A DNA stretch of 64,000 nucleotides, from IMG/VR virus record IMGVR_UViG_3300025438_000010, positions 1-64,000 of that record; one strand, given 5' to 3'. Positions 9,156 to 18,822 of this stretch are shown piece after piece. The notes beneath the pieces are model-generated. The model had not been told where the DNA came from and searched no databases. It was given only the letters and a program-made list of their open reading frames with translations. This DNA is from a virus. The translations under genes were made by a program, and so were the position numbers. The stretch's first letter is position 1, and every line of letters starts with the position of its first letter.

Positions 9156-10133
9156 TTAACCCTTAGCGTTGACCTCGTAAGAGGTGTTGGTGGACTCAAA
9201 GAAGTTTACCAACTGCAAGGTGTCGTTTGCCGTGGCCATCCACTTCGCGGGGTTGGACACGTTGTACTGAGCAGGAAGCCCAAGCTCCTCGAAGCGACGG
9301 TCAGCCAAGTACTTCACGTACTGGTTGACGTAATTCGCGTTGAGGCCAAGAATGCCTGAGGGGAACATCTCCTCGTTGTAAGCACACTCCATCTCAACGG
9401 CTTCCTTAATCATTGCAATAACCTCTTCAACAAACTCTTCAGTCGCGACCTCTGGATTTTCCTCCAAGACAGTCAGGATAAGATTGATGCCGAACTTAAG
9501 GTGCAAGGACTCATCACGAACAACCCAGTCGATAAGCGAACCATAGTTCCTGAGGAGGTTGCGCTGACGGAAGCTCAGAGCAACCATGAAGCCTGAGTAG
9601 AACCAGATGCCCTCCATGATGATGTTGTACGCAATAAGGTTACGCAGGAAGTCCTGCTTGCCCTCAACGGTTGTGATGTCCAGGGTCTCCTCAGTCATAC
9701 GCTTGATGAACTTCGTCTGAAACTCTTCCTTACGCGCAATCGTGGCAGACTCGATGTGCTGACCGTAGATTTTTTCACGATCAACGGGGAAGGTTTCGAG
9801 CACATACTCAAAGCTCATGCAGTGGTTGGCTTCTTCCCACATCTGCTTCGCAAGATACAAGTGTGTCTCAGGTGCGTTCACGTACGGGTACACGCCGAAA
9901 GCGAGGGCCTTGTTAACGATGAGCTCCGAAGGGTTGAAGAAAGACATAAGAAACTCAATAGCGTGACGTTCTTCATCCGTCATCTTCTTGAAGTCTGCGA
10001 TGTCCTCGCCCAACTGAATTTCGTTGGGGAACCAGGTGTTAGCAACAGCCTGGTCGTAGAGGTCCATGGCCCACTGATATTTCACGGGCTTGAGAAGGAG
10101 CCCATCCTGAATGCCCGTACCAAGGATTCCCAT
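9156..10133 (-). CDS. nrdB: ribonucleotide reductase class I beta (R2) subunit
   Basis: EEANH, EGIWFYSGF, RDESLH, NFFE..TSY; start moved to MGILGTG (TAATG overlap). Confidence 0.95.
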   Translation of the reverse strand: MGILGTGIQDGLLLKPVKYQWAMDLYDQAVANTWFPNEIQLGEDIADFKKMTDEERHAIEFLMSFFNPSELIVNKALAFGVYPYVNAPETHLYLAKQMWEEANHCMSFEYVLETFPVDREKIYGQHIESATIARKEEFQTKFIKRMTEETLDITTVEGKQDFLRNLIAYNIIMEGIWFYSGFMVALSFRQRNLLRNYGSLIDWVVRDESLHLKFGINLILTVLEENPEVATEEFVEEVIAMIKEAVEMECAYNEEMFPSGILGLNANYVNQYVKYLADRRFEELGLPAQYNVSNPAKWMATANDTLQLVNFFESTNTSYEVNAKG

Positions 10134-10219
10134 TACTGGCAACTTTCGCACATTAGAGCTTCCATTGGATCTACAGGACATGCGTACCCGTCGATTGTTG
10201 TTGTGTTTTCTGGGTCCAT
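10133..10219 (-). CDS. 28-aa peptide resembling the RNR alpha C-terminal CxxC tail
   Basis: MDPENTTTIDGYACPVDPMEALMCESCQ*; GAAAGG SD; in-frame TGA 6 codons upstream; stop overlaps nrdB ATG. Confidence 0.7.
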   Translation of the reverse strand: MDPENTTTIDGYACPVDPMEALMCESCQ

Positions 10220-10382
10220 AGGAAGACCAACCTTTCATGAGAGAAGAAAAAATGAAGAACCTCTAGTATACGCAGTTCGACAAAAGTTCTATAAGGTGCT
10301 AAAAATGTACAATATTGATTTAAAAAGGAAAACTATTATATGGATGTGATAGCCTAAACGGAGTCAGAAAGGAACCAACCCC

Positions 10383-11321
10383 ATGACCCAGACAGATAAA
10401 TCGGAAATAAATAAACTACATAAGTGGCACCCCTATAGAAAACTCCGCAGAGCTTCAAGAGACACGGTCGGAGAAAAATTTAAAAAGTCTAACCACACCT
10501 ACTCGGTTGTTTTATTCACAGGCCTAGCTTTGTTCGCACCAATGCTGGTGGGCCCCCCGGCTGGGGGAGCTAAGCCTCTACCACTAGTCGAATCTTCTAG
10601 AACTGCTCCTTTCGTTGCTGAGCTGCTCTCTGGTGTGGGAGGCCCCGAAATGGTCCCTGTACGAGAAGTGACGACACTTGAAAAAATAACTCTAAAACTT
10701 GAAGAAACAGACTCCCGGTTCGACATCTTCAACGAAAACGAGAAAGGACCAGAGAAAGGACCAGAGGTCACAGTGACGAAGGTCTACAACCATCTCAAGG
10801 TTGCCAACACTGTCATGCCTACAACGAATTCCGAGATCGCCAGTGATTATGGATGGAGGACACCTCCTTGTCGTGGTTGTAGTGCGGACCACAAGGGTGT
10901 TGATTTTGTCCCTGGTTTTGGAAAGCCCATTTTTGCTGTTGCTGATGGGATGGTCATTAAGATGGGGAGCAACGGAGGCTACGGAAACTACGTCAAGCTG
11001 GCACATCTGGTCGCAAACTCTGAGGGTGTCGTAGAAGAGTGGGAGACACTCTACGCACATATGAGAGATGACTCTTTTGTGGAAGGAATGATTGCTGGAT
11101 CTGTTGTGAAGAGCGGTGAGACCATCGGTGAAGTGGGAAACACCGGAATGTCTACAGGACCCCACCTCCACTTCGAGCTGATTATCAACGGAGAGCATGT
11201 GGATCCGCTTCCGCTTCTTGGAACCTACGAAGTGATCATCGTAACCGAGGAAGACTACCCGGACTTTATGTTTGTCGGGGAAACCATTAAAAAAGTAGAG
11301 ACGGTCGTAGCCTACGAATAA
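10383..11321 (+). CDS. membrane-anchored M23 family metallopeptidase
   Basis: TM segment; HKGVD, YAHM, STGPHLHFE. Confidence 0.9.
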   Translation: MTQTDKSEINKLHKWHPYRKLRRASRDTVGEKFKKSNHTYSVVLFTGLALFAPMLVGPPAGGAKPLPLVESSRTAPFVAELLSGVGGPEMVPVREVTTLEKITLKLEETDSRFDIFNENEKGPEKGPEVTVTKVYNHLKVANTVMPTTNSEIASDYGWRTPPCRGCSADHKGVDFVPGFGKPIFAVADGMVIKMGSNGGYGNYVKLAHLVANSEGVVEEWETLYAHMRDDSFVEGMIAGSVVKSGETIGEVGNTGMSTGPHLHFELIINGEHVDPLPLLGTYEVIIVTEEDYPDFMFVGETIKKVETVVAYE

Positions 11322-11334
11322 AGATGTTTAAAAA

Positions 11335-11380
11335 GAAGAAGCCCCGATGAGGAAGGTAAGTAAATCATCGGGGCTTCTTT
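11335..11380. terminator. bidirectional terminator
   Basis: GAAGCCCCGATGA/TCATCGGGGCTTC stem with flanking A/T runs. Confidence 0.75.
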
Positions 11381-11412
11381 ATTGGAGCGGAGAGAGGAGA
11401 ATCCCAAAACCC

Positions 11413-11946
11413 CTAACCACTAAAGATAGTATCACAGATGTACATTAAATGCGGTTCTTCCTCCTCGCTGTAAAACATTTTTTTATACGTAACATCTGCC
11501 TCGGTGTATCCAGCCTTCTTGAGAACTCGAGTGCTCAAGGAATTAGCGACGTGGACGTAAGCATGTACTTCCAGAACATTGAGATTCTCCAGGGCGAAGT
11601 TAGTGATGAGCCGGACGGCAGTAGTTGCCATCCCTTGTCCCCAATGCTTCTTGTCAATCCAATAGGCAACTTGACACGTGAAGTAAGTAAAGTCTCTTAG
11701 AGATACTTCTCCCACCAATTCATCGTGAAGGAAGATTCCGTATATGACCTTCGTTTTGTCGGTTGCTTCTGATCTTTCAATCAACCACTCTCTGTGGTAC
11801 TTCTTGTTCTCTTTTTTTAAAAAAGAAAGATCAAGACTAGCCGAGCTGTCTAGGCTTTGAACCACAACGTTTTTATGTTCTAGATAAAGATGGGTGTCAT
11901 GAAGATTTTTCCTCACTGTAATGGCGCTCCTCACAATCTCGGGCAA
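11413..11946 (-). CDS. GNAT N-acetyltransferase (RimJ/RimL-like)
   Basis: YWID..HWGQGMAT; N..S.RVL.KAGY. Confidence 0.85.
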   Translation of the reverse strand: MPEIVRSAITVRKNLHDTHLYLEHKNVVVQSLDSSASLDLSFLKKENKKYHREWLIERSEATDKTKVIYGIFLHDELVGEVSLRDFTYFTCQVAYWIDKKHWGQGMATTAVRLITNFALENLNVLEVHAYVHVANSLSTRVLKKAGYTEADVTYKKMFYSEEEEPHLMYICDTIFSG

Positions 11947-12025
11947 AACTTGGAACTACATAGATTTGGGAGCAAACGGCGCAAGTCCACTGATTATCAT
12001 GTGTTTTAGTCATACTCCTTCTATT

Positions 12026-12508
<483 letters not shown>

Positions 12509-12544
12509 TATTATTCCTTACTCCTTTTACGATAGGATTTCCCT

Positions 12545-13204
12545 ATGAATCACTATAACGTTGTATTTGCCACTCCCGGTAAAGATATGCACAGGGAATA
12601 TGTCATGAGCCTTGTAGCTAGCTGCGCCTGGCTGGCGGAGCAGGGTATGACCTTTACGCTGATTAATCGTACATCATCCTTTGTCGCTAGCGCAAGGGAG
12701 TGGACGGCTGTCTTTAGTGAAGGCAGTAGATGGGACGTGAATGAGATTGGTTCGGGAGCTTTCACATACGATCGATTAGTGTGGATCGACTCGGACATCT
12801 CGTGGACTGTCGAGGCGCTGAAGAATTTGTTGGCGCATGATCTTGATGTTGTCTCAGGGGTTATGCCGATAGATGTTAACGGTCGAGTAGGTATGACGAG
12901 GTTCACGGAGGGGGGAGCTCCTACTGTTATGAGCTGGACGGACATTCTGTTTGAAGATGACGTCTTTGAAGTAGACGGTGTTAGTTTTGGATTCCTTGCG
13001 GTGAAGAGTGGAGTTTTTGAGAAGATGCCACGTCCTTGGTTCAAGATTCGAGAAGTTCCTCTCCCTGAGGGGGGTGAAGATTTCTTCGTAAATTTAGGTG
13101 AAGACTACTCGTGGTGTCTCAATGCTCGAGAATCTGGGTTCACAATTTGGGTTGATAAAAATATTTCAGTCAACCACCAAAAAGAGAACACTCTTCATTT
13201 TTAA
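12545..13204 (+). CDS. GT-A fold (family 2-like) glycosyltransferase
   Basis: WIDSD, GFLAV...VFE, GEDYSWC; leaderless. Confidence 0.8.
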   Translation: MNHYNVVFATPGKDMHREYVMSLVASCAWLAEQGMTFTLINRTSSFVASAREWTAVFSEGSRWDVNEIGSGAFTYDRLVWIDSDISWTVEALKNLLAHDLDVVSGVMPIDVNGRVGMTRFTEGGAPTVMSWTDILFEDDVFEVDGVSFGFLAVKSGVFEKMPRPWFKIREVPLPEGGEDFFVNLGEDYSWCLNARESGFTIWVDKNISVNHQKENTLHF

Positions 13205-13214
13205 ATTAAAAACC

Positions 13215-13515
13215 AGCAAAACTATGACGAAGCGACTAACTTAACAAAACTATCAACTACCTTAATACTGCATGATTAGCTTAATAACAGACCTTTTCTA
13301 CCTAACCCCACGTATAAAAGTTTTTTAAATCTGAGGAGGGGTAAATTAGGTCTTATATTATCGTAATTACCGTATTGCCAGTTTCGCTAAGTTAGTGTTT
13401 GGTCGCTTCGTTAGTAGATATAAGGATTTTGCAAAAAAAACACGTTTCCCCTTGTCAGCTACTTCGGAGGGTGGTAGGTTAAAGTTGCATTGCATTGCAT
13501 GCATTGCATGTATTG
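13215..13515. repeat. AT-rich non-coding region with long imperfect inverted repeat and TGCAT microrepeat (origin candidate)
   Basis: GACGAAGCGACTA vs TGGTCGCTTCGTT; AGACC..TACC vs GGTA..GGTCT; (TGCAT)n at about 13485-13510. Confidence 0.5.
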
Positions 13516-13571
13516 ATATGTTTTAGTCTACATTGCAAAAAAAATAATACGATATACAGATAGGAAAGGCA

Positions 13572-14126
13572 GTGGTTAATAATTCAAAAAAGATACTTGA
13601 GGGACTTGGCTATGATATTGAAGATGCAATAGCTAAAGACGCAGCCCTCACTAAGGCACGATCAAAAAGTCCATACGTGTGTCTGTGTGGACACCCGGTG
13701 AGTAGTCATACTCCAGATCCTGAGGACGAGAGCAAGACTGTTTGTAAGCCAACCAGGATGTGGTGTCACTGCACGTCTCTCAATCCCGTACTCAAGGTGC
13801 AGGACACGAGAAAGTTCTACCGAAAGACAAATAGTTACGGAGTTGAGCACGCACTGATACGTGGAATTGTTGCCTCAATGCAGGCTGACAAACACACTGA
13901 GGTGATTGAGGAACGATACAAGTGCATGATTCCCAAGTGTAAAGTCAAAGGCTCTTCGAGTGCTATCCATCCTGTTCTTGTGGAATACGGACTCCCAAAC
14001 TTCCCCAAGGGGAAGCTAGTCAAGAACCATAAGTTCACCAAACTTTCAGAGTATGAAGTAGACTTGAGAGATATTTTGATGTGCCAGGAACACCTAGATG
14101 AGTTCGTATTAAGGAGCATTAGATAA
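13572..14126 (+). CDS. Cys/His-rich hypothetical protein
   Basis: CLCGH, C...CHC; GGAAAGG SD. Confidence 0.7.
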   Translation: MVNNSKKILEGLGYDIEDAIAKDAALTKARSKSPYVCLCGHPVSSHTPDPEDESKTVCKPTRMWCHCTSLNPVLKVQDTRKFYRKTNSYGVEHALIRGIVASMQADKHTEVIEERYKCMIPKCKVKGSSSAIHPVLVEYGLPNFPKGKLVKNHKFTKLSEYEVDLRDILMCQEHLDEFVLRSIR

Positions 14127-14356
14127 TGGAAAAGAAACTACGTGAACTAAAAGAAATGGGAATCTTGAATGATGTCTCCTTCTTCAGCGTCTTATCAATA
14201 GTCACTGAATTCAAGGCAGATGTTCTTTCAATGATTGAAGACTGGGAAGCAGGTATTGATCCCGAAGATAAAACTCTGTACAGTCTTGCTTTACGGAGAA
14301 CGGTTGACCTTATCAACGGCAACAGTTCTGTGGATAATAGAGACGAGGAAGGATAA
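14126..14356 (+). CDS. hypothetical protein
   Basis: coupled 76-aa ORF. Confidence 0.65.
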   Translation: MEKKLRELKEMGILNDVSFFSVLSIVTEFKADVLSMIEDWEAGIDPEDKTLYSLALRRTVDLINGNSSVDNRDEEG

Positions 14357-14358
14357 CA

Positions 14359-15039
14359 ATGTCTGACGAAATAAATAAAACCCCCAGGGAGTACTGGGCT
14401 GGTCCTCACATGCCACCTCCAGCTCCTGCACCACTTACACCGTTTGTCTCTTCTCGTGTACCTGAGACAAAGTGGGAAATCACCCCCGAGCCAATAACCG
14501 AGGAAGAGTCAGGGCGCATTATGAACGTAATTGATTCGGGACTAGAGCCTGAAGAGGGAAATATAAATCCCAAAACCCCCACAGAGAAGGCGCACAAATC
14601 AGCCAGGATTAATCCGGACACTCCTCGAGTTCTTGGACTTGCAGTGTTCCTGGTGTTTGTCCTCATGGTCTCCTCGTTCATTGTTTCGTTCTTTGGTATC
14701 TGGGGAGTCTCTCAAGAAACAACAAACATCCCTGATGCAATTACCTGGCTACCGGCACTCTTCTTGGATGCTGCGATTCTCGCCTACACAATCAGCTACT
14801 TTGTGTTTAAGGCTAGGGGTGAGCCAGTTGTCAAAACCAGGTTTGCTTTGTGGGCCTTCGCTTTGCTGTCAGTTGCAGCGAACATTGCTCACACACTTGA
14901 CGGCATTACTCCAGAGATGAGTACCTACTCTGTGGCAATCGGTCTGATGATTACCGGATCGGCTCCTATTGCTGTGGTCCTCTCTATGGAGGAGATTGCA
15001 CGACTGGCCTTTGAAAGGTCACCGGATAAGAAAAAGTAA
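14359..15039 (+). CDS. DUF2637-like 4-TM membrane protein
   Basis: WLPALFLD, SVAANIAH, AP......E. Confidence 0.7.
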   Translation: MSDEINKTPREYWAGPHMPPPAPAPLTPFVSSRVPETKWEITPEPITEEESGRIMNVIDSGLEPEEGNINPKTPTEKAHKSARINPDTPRVLGLAVFLVFVLMVSSFIVSFFGIWGVSQETTNIPDAITWLPALFLDAAILAYTISYFVFKARGEPVVKTRFALWAFALLSVAANIAHTLDGITPEMSTYSVAIGLMITGSAPIAVVLSMEEIARLAFERSPDKKK

Positions 15040-15071
15040 ATCAGTTTATATAATAACTAAATAGCACTACG

Positions 15072-15110
15072 AGAAACCCGCTGGTTGTCATACGACTGGC
15101 GGGTTTTTTG
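15072..15110 (+). terminator. intrinsic terminator
   Basis: AAACCCGCTGGTTGT/ACGACTGGCGGGTTT followed by T-run. Confidence 0.8.
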
Positions 15111-15229
15111 CCCCCGGTCACCAACCTGATTGTTTGGTAAAGTCTAGATTGTCCCCAGAGACCTCTCTCGGGATGTCGTACTCTGATGTATGAGTGCGAA
15201 ACTCTGTAATGAAATAGAAGGAGAACTAT

Positions 15230-15535
15230 ATGCTCACCTCGAAGGACTTCTGGACTGCTGCACTTGAGCGTGCGGTCACGGCCTTCGCAGCTGCACTTAT
15301 TGCAGCTATCGGATCGGACCAGATCGGTGTCCTTGACATTGACTGGACTGGAGCGGCCTCCCTTGCGGGAACAGTCGCTGTGCTGTCCATCCTCACTTCC
15401 ATCGTCTCCGGCGGATCAAGCAAGACCCACTCGGTCGCTTTGTTCGGCCCGGAACGAATCCAGGTTCCTGAGCCCCCTAAAAAGGCAACGGCAACCAAGA
15501 AGGCCCCTGTCAAGAAGGCAACGGCCAAGAAGTAG
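15230..15535 (+). CDS. holin (r1t-like)
   Basis: FWTAALERAV..F, 2 TMs, LSILTS, basic tail. Confidence 0.8.
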   Translation: MLTSKDFWTAALERAVTAFAAALIAAIGSDQIGVLDIDWTGAASLAGTVAVLSILTSIVSGGSSKTHSVALFGPERIQVPEPPKKATATKKAPVKKATAKK

Positions 15536-15598
15536 GAACACCAACGGTCCCCGCCCTGGGTAAAAATGCCCGGGGTGGGTCTGACCAAAAAGGACTAG

Positions 15599-16507
15599 AT
15601 GTTAGATTCTTTAGAAAGTACACCCGAAGACGAGGATACTGAGCCAGCTCACGATACTCCTGTAGATTTACGGCCTGACCTCTCCGAGATCGGCCTGAAC
15701 GAAATGGAAAAAGGTGTCGTTGAGGATACCTATGACAACCGTAGCGCTCTGCGTCGAGCAAAATTCACTTGGGATCCGGTCTACTCCCAGAACGGCACGC
15801 CCACTGGGTTGATAGCGGCCCGCTCTCCAGAACAACTTAAGGAACGGAGACTCCTTTCTCTCGTTGAGAAGAAGCCTCTCCTAGTAGATCCTTCTAATGT
15901 CAACGGTGACTACCTCACAGGCCTGGATCTTTTGGTAGATGAGGAAGCTTCTAAGCTCTCCCCACCGTGGGTTATCGCCTCAACGCGGGCCTGGTTGAAG
16001 GAGCAAGACAACGGCGGGCCTGCTTCCCCTACTCGTGCCCCGCTCGCTCACCCGCACCGCTGTATTCGAGTTAAGTCTGACGGTGTGCGCTGCATGCTGT
16101 GGGGATCCGGAAGGATCAAAGACGGTGGGCTATGCCGTATGCACTTGAAGTCGGCCCGGAAACCCGGCGAGGACGTAGAACGCGCCCGCCGTAAGCTTAT
16201 GCAGTCCGCACCTTACGCGGTAGACGTTCTTGAAGAGTTGATGGAGAATGCTGCTCTTGAGCAGGTACGCCTGAAAGCCTCAACGGAGATCCTAGACCGA
16301 GCCGGAGTACGAGCTGGGATGGATATCGGCGTGGAGATAGGGCTTATGGACGCCCGTAGCCCTGCTCAGATCGTAGCTGAAAGACTTTCACGGCTTGCAG
16401 AAGGAGCCAACGCTCTTCAAGCACGGCTTGCTCATCAAGAAGAAGAAGAAGTAGTAGAAGCAGAAGTAGTTAAGGAAGAGAAATCTGATGACACAACAGA
16501 TAGCTGA
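15599..16507 (+). CDS. possible terminase small subunit
   Basis: RC...DG.RC...CRMH Zn-like motif; VRLKASTEILDRAG helix. Confidence 0.4.
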   Translation: MLDSLESTPEDEDTEPAHDTPVDLRPDLSEIGLNEMEKGVVEDTYDNRSALRRAKFTWDPVYSQNGTPTGLIAARSPEQLKERRLLSLVEKKPLLVDPSNVNGDYLTGLDLLVDEEASKLSPPWVIASTRAWLKEQDNGGPASPTRAPLAHPHRCIRVKSDGVRCMLWGSGRIKDGGLCRMHLKSARKPGEDVERARRKLMQSAPYAVDVLEELMENAALEQVRLKASTEILDRAGVRAGMDIGVEIGLMDARSPAQIVAERLSRLAEGANALQARLAHQEEEEVVEAEVVKEEKSDDTTDS

Positions 16508-16699
16508 TCAAGCGGCCCGGCTTGCAGACAGACTCTTTGAGGATATACAGCTGGCAAGGACACGAGACGAGCACATTCGTGTAACGGCTAGGGCTAATGA
16601 GGCTCGCGAGCTAGCCAACGGCTTGCAATTATTAATTAAATAAAATACTATGCTATTTTATTAATTAATAATTTGTTTGTCAAATCGACAGGAGAGGAC

Positions 16700-16798
16700 A
16701 TGAACGAACCTACAACCTGCTTCTGGTGCGATCACCCGCTGAATTCCGAGGGGATCTGCTCTCACTGCGCCAGCGATTTGCGTATACTAGATAAGTAG
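16700..16798 (+). CDS. 32-aa CxxC-CxxC peptide
   Basis: GGAGAGG SD; MNEPTTCFWC...CSHC. Confidence 0.5.
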   Translation: MNEPTTCFWCDHPLNSEGICSHCASDLRILDK

Positions 16799-16919
16799 TG
16801 TAGAAATAGACACTACCTGCACCGAAGGGGCTTACCTCCTTTCACCCTAGCGGTGTAGGGCTCAGAGAAGAGCTACTGAAGGCCCCCCGTTCTTCCCAGC
16901 GGGGGGTCTTCTTCTTTTA
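16795..16919 (+). ncRNA. candidate sRNA with anti-SD loop
   Basis: TATACT -10 at 16783; four hairpins; loop UUACCUCCUUUC; terminator with U-tail. Confidence 0.55.
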
Positions 16920-17021
16920 TTGCCAGGATTCAGAAGATCTGTCGAGACTTTCCGTGAGACGGAAAAGGTCCCCGTACAAAGTTAATTTTAAACTTGTACG
17001 GAAATGTGCTATAAATGAACT

Positions 17022-17168
17022 ATGACAGAAACAGAAGCACTACCCAGCATATTCGCAATATTTATTGTTGTTCCTACATTGGTATCCGCTTTCGTAATCA
17101 TTTGGTTCTTTGGCCGTGCACAGATGAAGGCGGATTACTACCCCGAGCACTGGAAAGATGTTCCGTAA
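17022..17168 (+). CDS. 48-aa single-TM protein
   Basis: MTETEALPSIFAIFIVV...; its stop is the TAA of the first CCGTAAAA box. Confidence 0.6.
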   Translation: MTETEALPSIFAIFIVVPTLVSAFVIIWFFGRAQMKADYYPEHWKDVP

Positions 17169-17224
17169 AAAAATTTAACCGGGTGCTATATAATAAAAAC
17201 ACGACGGCCAGAAAGGAGAAAAAA

Positions 17225-17584
17225 ATGGCTACCACATATGAAGGGAAGGAATTCATTTTTACCTTCCCCGGTTCAGAGACAAACTACGATCTCAACATCT
17301 GGGATCGCAGGGGGTACGAGACCGAATACGCAGAGGAGGGCTGGGCTATCAGTGTCTATGAGATCCCATACATCGGCTCACCGTATGGCTCAGGCGAGTT
17401 CCGTGAGGACCTCAGCTTTGACCTCACCCCAGAAGAAGCCAAGAGCCTAACCCTGGGATGGGATCCGGCGCTCGGAGGGGACTACTGCCCGGACTCCGAC
17501 TTCTGGCTTGATGTTCAGGGGTTCATGGACACCTACACGAACATCCCGGCTCGAGTACGCGAACTACTCGAGAACCTGCCCTAG
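17225..17584 (+). CDS. hypothetical acidic protein (cassette 1)
   Basis: start corrected to MATTY after GAAAGGAG. Confidence 0.75.
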   Translation: MATTYEGKEFIFTFPGSETNYDLNIWDRRGYETEYAEEGWAISVYEIPYIGSPYGSGEFREDLSFDLTPEEAKSLTLGWDPALGGDYCPDSDFWLDVQGFMDTYTNIPARVRELLENLP

Positions 17585-17665
17585 ATTGCTGGCGAGGACC
17601 TCCGTAAAAAACGACGGGGGTCCTTGCTACAATACAAATACAACGGTCCGAGAAAAGGAGAAAAA

Positions 17666-17908
17666 ATGGACTACATGTTAGAACAACCCGAGCCCCAGGC
17701 TATTCGGGAAGAAAAAAGAAACCTAGTTTGTTTCAACGACGACTGCGCCATGTTTGAGTCCGAGGTAGAGATTCTTGTAGAGATTGAATACTGGAGTGAC
17801 ACCGAGGCACGGTTCGATTGGGAGTGCGACTCCTGCCGAACAATGTACGATCGAGAGTTCAATCCGATGGATGACATCGATTGGGATTCCTACTACGAAG
17901 GGAGATAG
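17666..17908 (+). CDS. acidic Zn-ribbon-like protein (cassette 2)
   Basis: AAGGAG SD; two Cys pairs. Confidence 0.7.
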   Translation: MDYMLEQPEPQAIREEKRNLVCFNDDCAMFESEVEILVEIEYWSDTEARFDWECDSCRTMYDREFNPMDDIDWDSYYEGR

Positions 17909-17910
17909 TG

Positions 17911-18105
17911 ATGTATAACGGCAGGTATGGCACTGTTGAGTGCCTGGTGTGTGGGAAAGATATAGAGCCAGGATCGGAGGAGGCCGTAAGCCTTCACGAC
18001 GGCGAGGATATCTCACCCGTTGCTCACCTATTCAGCTGGATGTGCGACAGCGATTGCGTTGAAGAATACGCCGACAACAATGAGTCAAGCTACTTCGAAG
18101 GGTAG
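17911..18105 (+). CDS. acidic Cys-containing protein
   Basis: CLVCG...CDSDC. Confidence 0.65.
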   Translation: MYNGRYGTVECLVCGKDIEPGSEEAVSLHDGEDISPVAHLFSWMCDSDCVEEYADNNESSYFEG

Positions 18106-18184
18106 CTACCACGAGGGGCCTGTCCGTAAAAAACGGATGGGCCTCTCGCTATAATAAAAATGTCCGAACGAAAAGGAGAAAAAA

Positions 18185-18709
18185 ATGGGATTGGACATGT
18201 ATCTATCAGTACGGAAATACGTCAGTGCAATTGATTGGAGAGGAGTTGACAAGCTTGGCCCGGAAGAGTCAATCAGCGATTACCCCAACCTTGACTACGC
18301 CGAGGTCACGGAACGGCTTGGATTGAAGCCTTTCATCGCAAATGCGGCACACTCCGGCATGAACGTGACCGCAACCGCTGTCTACTGGAGAAAAGCTAAT
18401 GCCATCCACAAGTGGTTCGTAGACAACCTCGCTGACGGCGTGGATGACTGCAGACCGCTGTGGGTTTCAACCGACCACCTGAAGGAGTTGTTTTTTAACG
18501 TGTGCGAGGTATTAGCTAGCAATAAAGACCCACAGGTAGCCGAGGAGGTTCTTCCATCAGAAGACGGGTTCTTCTTTGGCGACACCAGTTACGGTGAGGC
18601 GTACTGGGATGACCTGGAATACACACAGAAAGCCCTAGAAAAAATCTTGACTCTGGCTGAGTCGGATGAGGGTAAGGCTGTGGACTTCGAGTATCAAGCC
18701 TCCTGGTAG
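18185..18709 (+). CDS. conserved phage protein (MGLDMY/YWRKAN/GFFFG family)
   Basis: motifs recognisable from a widespread phage family. Confidence 0.8.
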   Translation: MGLDMYLSVRKYVSAIDWRGVDKLGPEESISDYPNLDYAEVTERLGLKPFIANAAHSGMNVTATAVYWRKANAIHKWFVDNLADGVDDCRPLWVSTDHLKELFFNVCEVLASNKDPQVAEEVLPSEDGFFFGDTSYGEAYWDDLEYTQKALEKILTLAESDEGKAVDFEYQASW

Positions 18710-18822
18710 GCCTCAAGCGGAAAGACCCTCGGTGAAAGCCGGGGGTTTTTCTGTTTCCGTAAAAAAACAACAATAGGGGTTATATAATAAAAACATAACG
18801 ACGGAGCTACGAAAGGAGAATC

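Noticed and set aside
10134-10238. N-terminal extension of the 360-aa nrdB ORF
   Set aside because: R2-like sequence starts at MGILG (10133); the extension overlaps the CxxC peptide in another frame.
15150-15215. Hammerhead-like CUGAUG...GAAAC in the holin leader
   Set aside because: CUGANGA core and stem II placement do not fit; only a hairpin is supportable.
17015-17224. N-terminal extensions of array ORFs (also 17624, 19586, 29472, 35818)
   Set aside because: They run through promoter motifs; SD-led downstream ATGs are better starts.
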